A DNA stretch of 64,000 nt from Bacteroidota bacterium (GTDB lineage Bacteria > Bacteroidota > Ignavibacteria > 0-14-0-80-59-12). Where the stretch lies: contig JBMFJZ010000005.1 of assembly GCA_049973045.1 (NCBI GenBank), forward strand, positions 71,966 through 135,965, in the 5' to 3' direction. A program made the position numbers and the translations under genes. This document shows positions 39,416 to 46,514 of the stretch, one piece after another (the stretch's first letter is position 1; every line of letters starts with the position of its first letter). The notes below the pieces were generated by a model. That model was not told where the DNA came from. It saw only the letters and a program-made list of their open reading frames with translations, and made no database searches.

Positions 39416-39658
39416 CTAACTTACTTCAATTATTTTTATCTCTTCCTCTGTTAAATCATATAGTTTATAAACCAGTTGGTCAATTTCTTCTTCAAGTTCT
39501 TTTACTTTTGCCTCATTCCCCTCTTTTAGAGGGGTGTCTTCAACTACCCCGTCCGCCTTTGGCGTCCACCCCTTCACAGAAGGGGAATTGAGGGAGAGGA
39601 TTTGATCTACAAGGTTTTCTATTTCACTGACTATCGGATGGGTTATTTCATTGCTTGT
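39416..39658 (-). pseudogene. orphan 3' end of a methyltransferase gene (copy B) carrying extra GC-rich hairpins
   Basis: Minus strand translates as ..VSEIENLVDQILSLNSPSVKGWTPKADGVVEDTPLKEGNEAKVKELEEEIDQLVYKLYDLTEEEIKIIEVS*. The intact MTase C-terminus reads QQIENLVSQILSLTQSPDYETNPQKQAKVKELEKEIDKLVYKLYDLTEEEIRIIEGG. Confidence 0.75.
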
Positions 39659-39678
39659 TATTTATGATTAGGGAACAT

Positions 39679-40179
39679 TTAAAACTTCCAACCTTCCCTT
39701 CTAAAGAAATCAATTAGACTGATGCATTCAATACCAAAATTTCGGCAGACAGCGGGTATCCTATTAGGTTTTGTTGGAGATTCCTCAGAGATAACTATAT
39801 ATTTGTTTCTCATATGCTCAAATTTACCTCTTTCTTCCTCATTTTTCACAATAGCAAGTGCAATCAACCACGGGTCAGCATTTGGCTCATCAGGTTTATC
39901 TGACTTTGATAAGAATGGATAGTTCTTCAAGGTTTCTTGAACTTTTTCTACCTGGTTTTTATCTGGTTTTTTAAACATTCTTTTTCTGAGCTTATCACGT
40001 GCCCATTTTTTAAGTTCATCATCCCCTTTTTCAATTTCTTTTTTTACTTCAATCGGCGCTATTAGTCTTTCGTTTTTACAAAGTTCATCTATTCTTTTCC
40101 ATAATCCAGAGAAGATATCTTTGGGGTATTTTTCTTTCATATCAATCAAACTGCTTGTATCAATGCAGTAAATATCCAC
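39679..40179 (-). CDS. DUF4411 family PIN-like protein
   Basis: 166 aa starting MDIYCIDTSSLIDMKEKYP and ending NRIPAVCRNFGIECISLIDFFRREGWKF, the typical DUF4411 layout. It starts 13 nt after the ImmA/IrrE gene. Confidence 0.75.
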   Translation of the reverse strand: MDIYCIDTSSLIDMKEKYPKDIFSGLWKRIDELCKNERLIAPIEVKKEIEKGDDELKKWARDKLRKRMFKKPDKNQVEKVQETLKNYPFLSKSDKPDEPNADPWLIALAIVKNEEERGKFEHMRNKYIVISEESPTKPNRIPAVCRNFGIECISLIDFFRREGWKF

Positions 40180-40192
40180 ATATTACTCCAGC

Positions 40193-41329
40193 TTATAACC
40201 CTGCGGATTCTGCCACCTTTTTCAAGCTATCCAACTTCAGGGATAAATACTCTATAGCCTCTGCAGTAGTTATAAAACCGCTCTTCTTTGAATTCATTAC
40301 AAGTGATATGAATTTTTTTCCCTTCTCCTGCAGGCATTTCTTATATGAAGGCAAATAAAAGCTAACACCTTTTTCTTTTTCATACTGGCTTCTAATTTTT
40401 GATACGGCATTTTCATATTCTTCCCATGTCACTAAATTCAATGTTCTGAACCTCGTAAGCATTGCATGTTTGCTAACCCTGAATTTATTTGATAAATTAT
40501 TTAATACTTCTAAACCAGCTCTTTTAAATATAAAGTCCTGATATTCCTTTTCTGTTTTTAAAACATCTTGCGGGATTAAAAGTTCCGACGCAAATTCATT
40601 ACACCAGTTTTCTACATCCATGTTTTGATTAGTTAAAGTTTGCTCATTTGCATAAATTTCTGGTATTTCCAATAGAATATGTGCGTATTCATGAAAAAGC
40701 GTAAAGATTCTTGCAAGGATATTATCAGTGGTGTTCAAAACAATTAGAGGTGGTTCTTTATCCATAAGAGAAAACCCTCTTGCATCCTCAAGAGGAAATC
40801 TAAATTGAAAAACTAAAATATTTAAATTTTCTATAGCTTTCCTCCATTCGTTAAATGCCATATAGGCATTTTTAAATTCAAATTGTTTCTCAATTGAGAT
40901 GCTAATCCTGTCCCTTTCTCGTCGTGCAATAACCGATGGGTCCTCACTTATGGAAGCTGAAGTAATGTCTGGTTTAGTAGAAACGTCAAGGTTTTTCATC
41001 AATTCGTTTGCAACTGACTGGTAATATCTGGCTTTTCTTATGGCTAATCTTAATTCTTTTGATAAATACTTCTCACTTTTGGGCATAATGCGGAAGGATG
41101 TGGAATATGATGGTTCTACAGGTGGTTCTGAAAGAAGAAAAACCGACGTAGGTCTCTTGAAAAGATGAGAAAGAAGTTCAAGTTGTCTGAAGGTAGGTTT
41201 TCTTTCCCCTACCTCTATTTTTTCATAGGTCTTTATTTTTCTGGTTATTTCTTCAATGCTAAACCCTGCACTCTCTCTTGCCCATTTAATAACTTCTGGA
41301 TTAACACTAATTTCAAATGACCTTGGCAT
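40193..41329 (-). CDS. XRE-type HTH + ImmA/IrrE family zinc metallopeptidase fusion
   Basis: 378 aa with an N-terminal HTH (IKWARESAGFSIEEITRKI...TFRQLELLSHLFKRP) and the HExxH motif FTLFHEYAHILL. Confidence 0.8.
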   Translation of the reverse strand: MPRSFEISVNPEVIKWARESAGFSIEEITRKIKTYEKIEVGERKPTFRQLELLSHLFKRPTSVFLLSEPPVEPSYSTSFRIMPKSEKYLSKELRLAIRKARYYQSVANELMKNLDVSTKPDITSASISEDPSVIARRERDRISISIEKQFEFKNAYMAFNEWRKAIENLNILVFQFRFPLEDARGFSLMDKEPPLIVLNTTDNILARIFTLFHEYAHILLEIPEIYANEQTLTNQNMDVENWCNEFASELLIPQDVLKTEKEYQDFIFKRAGLEVLNNLSNKFRVSKHAMLTRFRTLNLVTWEEYENAVSKIRSQYEKEKGVSFYLPSYKKCLQEKGKKFISLVMNSKKSGFITTAEAIEYLSLKLDSLKKVAESAGL

Positions 41330-41345
41330 AGATAACTCTCCTCTT

Positions 41346-42083
41346 TTATTTATTTGATCTAAAATACACTGCTTTGTCTAATTGCCTGAATAAAAATGAT
41401 ATAAAACTTAATATATCCAAACAATCTTCCTTAAATATTGGCCAGTGGAGTGCTGGTTCATGAGCTGTTGGGTTTCTGATTGCACTCATTAAACCAGCTG
41501 ACAAAAATTTAATACCATTTTGAAAATCCTTTTCTGTTTGAGTTTCACATTTTGTTATCTTTAAAACACCTTCTGGTGCCCAAACTTCCATCATTAATGC
41601 TTGTCCATCTTTATCGCTTTTTGATTTTTCTTTTACTAATTTGTTGTACACTTTTACAGCTTCAAATACTGCATGAAAATAATTTCCTTCCTTATATAGT
41701 TTCAGGCAATGCTTGAATATGAGTGGGTGAAAATTCCTCTGATAGAATTCACGTATTGATTCATCAAGGGATAAGTTTATTCCCCCTTCTTTTAAAATTT
41801 CGTCAATCTTTCTAATCTTCGTTTCAGGAGTTATTAATCTCAAAAATCTTATTAGATGCTGATTCCTTTCATCATTATTCATCTCTTGCTTTGCTAATGT
41901 AAGTATCCAATCATAAATTAACTTCGCTCGTCCTGAGGTAGTCGCCTCATTTGGAAATTCTTCAACATTAAACTTAAAAACCGATTTAGCAGCGCGATTT
42001 ATTTCATTAATTGAAGCGTCATATTTTAGCAAATCACCTACCTGTATTGCTATTAATCTATAATTCATACTTCCCTCCTTCAA
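41346..42083 (-). CDS. TIGR02391-family protein (C-terminal RNPxAH domain)
   Basis: 245 aa whose C-terminus (GIKFLSAGLMSAIRNPTAHEP...LDILSFISFLFRQLD) matches the TIGR02391 signature. The start (42083 or 42068) overlaps the MTase stop. Confidence 0.7.
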   Translation of the reverse strand: MKEGSMNYRLIAIQVGDLLKYDASINEINRAAKSVFKFNVEEFPNEATTSGRAKLIYDWILTLAKQEMNNDERNQHLIRFLRLITPETKIRKIDEILKEGGINLSLDESIREFYQRNFHPLIFKHCLKLYKEGNYFHAVFEAVKVYNKLVKEKSKSDKDGQALMMEVWAPEGVLKITKCETQTEKDFQNGIKFLSAGLMSAIRNPTAHEPALHWPIFKEDCLDILSFISFLFRQLDKAVYFRSNK

Positions 42084-45000
42084 TTATCCTTATCTCTTCC
42101 TCTGTTAAATCGTAAAGTTTATAAACCAACTTATCTATTTCTTTTTCAAGTTCTTTAACTTTTGCTTGTTTTTGTGGGTTTGTTTCGTAGTCCGGAGATT
42201 GGGTGAGGGAGAGGATTTGGGAGACAAGGTTTTCTATTTGCTGGACTATGTGCTGGTTTTGAGGGGTGATTTTCTTTATCGGCAGTTTCCCAATATAATA
42301 TTCATCAAAATCCATTGTCCTTATCGCTCTATTATAAACAAACCAGTAATAAAACCATTCTGCCAGCCGTGAGTTCAAAATTCCAAGTATATATTCATAT
42401 GAAAATATGTTGTCAGTTAAAAATGTATTCATGACTGTGTCAAGAGTTAGGAAACCATCTTTGTCATAAGTTGCCATTATGATTATCCTATCAAATGGGT
42501 TCATAACATGAGCAACAATTCTTTGAGAAATTATTTTTGGTCTCATTAGTGCCTGAATTTTTTTATTTTTTAACTCAGTTTTATCCAATTTTATATAATC
42601 AATCTTTCCATATATTTTATACTTACCAATGTTTTTACCTTTCAATATTATAACTTCTCCCTTATCTATGACTCTTTTCTGAAATGGCAATCCCCTAAAA
42701 GTTCTTGAAATTGATGATAATGGAAGAGAGTTTTCTTTAATTTTATAAAGAATACTTTTCTTAAAGTCATCCAGGTAGATAGGTATGATATTAAAATTAC
42801 AAGAGTCGCTAAGTGACACCTTGCCTAAGTATTTAATATTTTTTTCCCAGCCTTCAAATGTGAAGAATTCATAATCCGTTTGTTGAATATTACTTTTAAA
42901 AATAATGATTACCTGTTCTAATAAAACCTCTTCAAATGCCTTGCTCACATCCACAATGTCTATAAGAAGGTTTCTATTTAATACAAAACTTCTTGTTTTT
43001 TCCCATCCTTCTACGTAAGTAAGACTTTTGGGAACTATGTAGGCTACTATGCCTTTGAGATTGGTAATGTGAGTAGCTCTTTCAATAAAGAAAGATGCTG
43101 AATTTTTTCTGGAGTCAAAATACTTGTAATTGGCTACGAGTTTATTTCTATTACTTAAAATTCCACTATACGGTGGGTTGGCAATTACAATATCAAAACC
43201 GCCAGGAATAATTACAGGTTCAAATGCTGTTTCAATGGTTACAGAGGGCTGAAGCTGTGCAGAGGGCTGAAACTGTGCAGAGGGCTGAAGCCCTCTGTTG
43301 AGGGGAGGTAGATTGTGCTTTAGATGATTGTTCTCTGTATATCTGATGGCGTTGTAAAGGTGGTCTTCACTTTCAAGATAAGTATGGCTGTATCCGTCTG
43401 ACCATATTTTTGTTTGTCTTCCTTTGCCTTCAACAGACAGCTTTAGCTGTCTGGCAAGATAAAACGAAGAATATCCTTTTAACTGGCGAACAATCTCCTG
43501 TAACTCTTCTTCTTCACAAACAACTACACAGTGAACATGGTCCGAAAGCACATTACCCGCAAGCACCCTGTATCCAGCATCTTTGATTTTTTTATTCAAT
43601 GCCTCACATACAATCTTTCTCATTTCATCTGTTAAGATCACCGGCTCCCCAATTTTTATTCCGTATTCTACAACTTCTTCTTTTACCCTGCTGTTGTGTG
43701 TTACCCATGTCACAAGATATGCTTTCCATTTTTTCTCAATCTTCTTTTTATGAAAAACCTCTGAAAAATAAACCTCAAAGTCAAATTCTTTATGTCCCTT
43801 TGTGATTTCAAAAATTAGTTTCTCAATCTCTCTTTTTAATTCTTGCTTTTTTGTAGGGTTTGTTTCACTAAAATACTTTTGTTTTAATTCTTCAAGTTTT
43901 TTAAATGCATTGGCATTAAATAAATCTTTTTCAACTTCCAAAAGCGAATCCCCACAGACAACCTTATAATCAAGGTTCGGAAGTGGCTTTATGTTATAAA
44001 AATCTTCTTCATCTACAATCATAGAAAGCCAGAACCTGAGTTTGCAGATTTCAACTGAACCTGCGTCAATGTCAACACCATAAAGTGAGTTTTCTATACA
44101 ATGGCGCTTGAGTTCATAGGATGTCAATTTACTGCCTGACTCTTGCCCCACTCCCTGTGCAGGTCCCTCTGCAACCCCCCGCTTAAGCAGGGGGTTGAAT
44201 GATAAGGAGTTGAGATAAACAGAAAGCAGGATTCTCAACTTTACAATCTCGTGCATCATACCTATTGGAAAGGCACCAGAGCCAACTGCTGGGTCACATA
44301 CTTTTATATCAGCAAGCAATCTATCAATTTCTTTTGCATTTTCTATTATGCTTTCAGGTATCTTATGTTCATACTTTGTTTCTTTCTGCTCACCTCTTTC
44401 AATCTTGTTTCTCTTTTCAAGGGCTGTTCGCTCATTTTCTAAAATCAAATCTGCATATTTCACAAATTTTTCTATATCTTCTTTCTTTACTTTTCCTTTT
44501 AGTTCCGTTTCAAGATAATTTATTAAACTCTCCTGACACATATAATGCACAATCTCTCTTGGTGTATAATAAACACCGTATTCTTTGTTAAATTTTGTTT
44601 CCTCTCCTTTTTTACCTGATTTCAAAACCTTTACATACTCATCAAAGTTATCTGGACGAATAGCGTTCAGTTTCTCATAGATTTTTCCAAGTAGTTCCGG
44701 GTCAAGGGCAACCTCTTTTTCAAGAGGTTCTTCCTCATTAACCGTGAAATTATATCTATCAAAAATATCAAGTATTCCGTCTCCAATATCACCTTCTTTT
44801 GTTCTATTTGAATTTGAGAAAAGTTCATTCGGTAAAAGAATATCTACATTAACCCAATTAAAACCGTTTATCGGATCAAAGAGACCACCATTTAAGAAAG
44901 GTATTTTACAATTAAATCTGCTGTAATAATGGTCATCTGCACTTCTATCTGTTCTTAATGCTTCGTAAAAAAGTGGTTCAAGGATATCGTTATAAAAGTT

Positions 45001-45885
45001 TTTGTAATCTCCAAACTCTTTATGGAATAATCTTCTTATAAAATCCTTTGGACCTGTTCCCCAAGGGTTTCCTCTTCCAACACCAAACCAACCTTTCTTT
45101 TGTAAAAAATAAAGAAAGACAATTTGACCAAGGAGTTTTTTAGCAAAATAAGCACTGTTTATGTTTTTCTTTGAAAATTCGTTTTTCAGAGGGCTAAAGC
45201 CCTCTGTTGAATACTTTTTGCCATCTGGTGAAAGTAATTTATCCAGCGCATCTTTTGTTCTTATAAACAAATTCCTATATTTTTCAAAGAATTCCCTGGT
45301 AACAACCTCAACATCAAAAGCTTTTTCTAAATCCTCAAGTGAAGGTTTCCATTCATCTTTTTCAAGAATTGGTAAAAAACTACTCTGTGCGGTATGGCTT
45401 TTCTCATTTTTGCCGACTAAAAATGACCATCTTTTTGCAGGTGTGAATTCTTCTTTGACTTTGATTTTTCCTGCGGGGGTCTCTTCAAATCTATAATCCA
45501 TCTTGACAAGAGAAAAACGCCAATCTTCACTATCAGGAGAGATAAAGGCAACGAGTGCCGCGTCTTTTAACTTTCCACCTCTACTCCCTTTCAAATACCA
45601 GGCAATAAAGTTTCTTTGCATTGTCCTTGCCCGCTCAAGAGAGGTCTCTTTTCTTAATAGGACAATCAATAGGTCAATTTCTTTGTCATCATAGGAATAT
45701 TTGCCAATCCTTTCTAAAGAGTTTATGTATAGCTTGAAGGCGTCGGGGATATAGTTTCCTTGATAAGAGAAGGGCTTTTCCTCAAATGTTTTTAAAAGCT
45801 CCTTCAGAAATTTGGTAAATTGCTTTTTATCAAAAGGGTTTTCAAAAGTTTCAATTATCAGATTTTTTGCCTGTTCTTTATTCAT
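42058..45885 (-). CDS. 1275-aa gamma-class N6-adenine DNA methyltransferase (Eco57I/PglX/MmeI-like N-terminal region, TaqI-like C-terminal TRD) with an embedded Y1 transposase domain
   Basis: Family hallmarks IVFLYFLQKKGWFG, IPFLNGGLFDP and YGVYYTPREIV. Motif I is VCDPAVGSGAFP, followed by LYGVDID. Motif IV is GGFDIVIANPPYSG. The C-terminal tail is IDKLVYKLYDLTEEEIRIIEGG. No PD-(D/E)xK nuclease motif was recognised. Confidence 0.85.
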   Translation of the reverse strand: MNKEQAKNLIIETFENPFDKKQFTKFLKELLKTFEEKPFSYQGNYIPDAFKLYINSLERIGKYSYDDKEIDLLIVLLRKETSLERARTMQRNFIAWYLKGSRGGKLKDAALVAFISPDSEDWRFSLVKMDYRFEETPAGKIKVKEEFTPAKRWSFLVGKNEKSHTAQSSFLPILEKDEWKPSLEDLEKAFDVEVVTREFFEKYRNLFIRTKDALDKLLSPDGKKYSTEGFSPLKNEFSKKNINSAYFAKKLLGQIVFLYFLQKKGWFGVGRGNPWGTGPKDFIRRLFHKEFGDYKNFYNDILEPLFYEALRTDRSADDHYYSRFNCKIPFLNGGLFDPINGFNWVNVDILLPNELFSNSNRTKEGDIGDGILDIFDRYNFTVNEEEPLEKEVALDPELLGKIYEKLNAIRPDNFDEYVKVLKSGKKGEETKFNKEYGVYYTPREIVHYMCQESLINYLETELKGKVKKEDIEKFVKYADLILENERTALEKRNKIERGEQKETKYEHKIPESIIENAKEIDRLLADIKVCDPAVGSGAFPIGMMHEIVKLRILLSVYLNSLSFNPLLKRGVAEGPAQGVGQESGSKLTSYELKRHCIENSLYGVDIDAGSVEICKLRFWLSMIVDEEDFYNIKPLPNLDYKVVCGDSLLEVEKDLFNANAFKKLEELKQKYFSETNPTKKQELKREIEKLIFEITKGHKEFDFEVYFSEVFHKKKIEKKWKAYLVTWVTHNSRVKEEVVEYGIKIGEPVILTDEMRKIVCEALNKKIKDAGYRVLAGNVLSDHVHCVVVCEEEELQEIVRQLKGYSSFYLARQLKLSVEGKGRQTKIWSDGYSHTYLESEDHLYNAIRYTENNHLKHNLPPLNRGLQPSAQFQPSAQLQPSVTIETAFEPVIIPGGFDIVIANPPYSGILSNRNKLVANYKYFDSRKNSASFFIERATHITNLKGIVAYIVPKSLTYVEGWEKTRSFVLNRNLLIDIVDVSKAFEEVLLEQVIIIFKSNIQQTDYEFFTFEGWEKNIKYLGKVSLSDSCNFNIIPIYLDDFKKSILYKIKENSLPLSSISRTFRGLPFQKRVIDKGEVIILKGKNIGKYKIYGKIDYIKLDKTELKNKKIQALMRPKIISQRIVAHVMNPFDRIIIMATYDKDGFLTLDTVMNTFLTDNIFSYEYILGILNSRLAEWFYYWFVYNRAIRTMDFDEYYIGKLPIKKITPQNQHIVQQIENLVSQILSLTQSPDYETNPQKQAKVKELEKEIDKLVYKLYDLTEEEIRIIEGGKYEL
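43201..43740 (-). mobile_element. in-frame IS200/IS605-type Y1 (HUH) transposase domain inside the MTase ORF (aa ~716-895)
   Basis: The ORF carries YLVTWVTHNSRV, LSDHVHCVVV (HUH), LKGYSSFYLARQL, KIWSDGYSHTYL and YNAIRYTENNH. These are collinear with IS608 TnpA blocks YHIVWCPKYRRKV, DKDHIHILA, AKGRSSRILRQEF, TLWTNSCFISTV and VKQYIENQ (from memory). Confidence 0.75.
43242..43297. repeat. 18-nt tandem repeat (2.5 copies) ending in a perfect 9-bp palindrome, at the 3' junction of the Y1 insert
   Basis: cagagggctgaagctgtg / cagagggctgaaactgtg / cagagggct-ga-agccctctg. It encodes RGLQPSAQFQPSAQLQPS. Confidence 0.9.
44172..44197. repeat. GC-rich near-perfect palindrome in-frame in the MTase ORF
   Basis: caaccccccgctt/aagcagggggttg with one mismatch. 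It encodes ..FNPLLKRGV.. and lies within a ~60-nt GC-rich patch between motif I and YGVDID. Confidence 0.85.
45187..45206. repeat. second copy of the cagagggct-NN-agccctctg palindrome, in-frame in the MTase ORF
   Basis: cagagggct-aa-agccctctg followed by ttga, the same flank as the 43278..43297 copy. It encodes ..STEGFSPLKN.. Confidence 0.9.
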
Positions 45886-45888
45886 TGC

Positions 45889-46224
45889 TTATATCTCGCT
45901 TATTATTTGATTTATAATTTCATATAGTTTGGGTAGCCTTTCTTTTATTACTTTCCATACAACCCTGTAATCTACCCCAAAATATTCATGGATCAATAAA
46001 TTTCTCATTCCTACTACACTTTTCCATCTGATTTGAGGATATTTTTTTCTTATTTCTCTGGGAATCTGCTTTGAAGCCTCACCAATTATCTCAAGACTTC
46101 TAACAAAGGCCCTTTTAAGTTCTTCATTTTGAATAAAGTTTTCATAACTCAAGTCCTTAGTTCTTTCTATTAAGTATTCGCACTCAGTTTTTATGTCGGA
46201 CAAATAATCCCTTATTTCCCTCAT
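45889..46224 (-). CDS. DUF86 / HepT-type HEPN toxin
   Basis: 111 aa with the Rx4HxY motif [13 protein letters not shown]. It has a 4-nt overlap with mntA and ends 3 nt before the MTase start. Confidence 0.85.
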   Translation of the reverse strand: MREIRDYLSDIKTECEYLIERTKDLSYENFIQNEELKRAFVRSLEIIGEASKQIPREIRKKYPQIRWKSVVGMRNLLIHEYFGVDYRVVWKVIKERLPKLYEIINQIISEI

Positions 46225-46514
46225 ATATATTGCACCTCTTGAAGGATGATTCTCCCGATGTATGGTTTGAGTGCAGATTTCATGACAAGGTCAATCTTGA
46301 CTTTTAGTTTTTTAGACAGAAAATCCTGAATCTCAATGAAAGTCCATAAATCTGGCACCTCATAGAAATCAATTAAGATATCAAGGTCACTTCTTTTTTT
46401 CTGTTTGCCTTTTAAATAAGAACCAAAAATTCCAATCTCTTTTACTTTATATTTTTCTCTAAGTAATGGCTTTAGTTCTAATAACTTCTTTTTTTTCTCT
46501 TCAATTGTTTTCAT
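46221..46514 (-). CDS. MntA-type nucleotidyltransferase antitoxin
   Basis: 97 aa with the motif [23 protein letters not shown]. Its start overlaps the helicase stop by 14 nt. Confidence 0.85.
   Translation of the reverse strand: MKTIEEKKKKLLELKPLLREKYKVKEIGIFGSYLKGKQKKRSDLDILIDFYEVPDLWTFIEIQDFLSKKLKVKIDLVMKSALKPYIGRIILQEVQYI

Noticed and set aside
43242-43297. CRISPR-like array
   Set aside because: There are only 2.5 directly abutting 18-nt units with no spacers, all inside a coding region. No CRISPR array or cas genes occur anywhere in the window.
42058-45885. Calling the 1275-aa protein a type IIG restriction-modification fusion enzyme
   Set aside because: I could not identify a PD-(D/E)xK or other nuclease motif in the N-terminal ~440 aa. 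The only nuclease-like domains nearby are the PLD domain on the helicase and the embedded HUH domain, so a bifunctional R-M enzyme is not supported.
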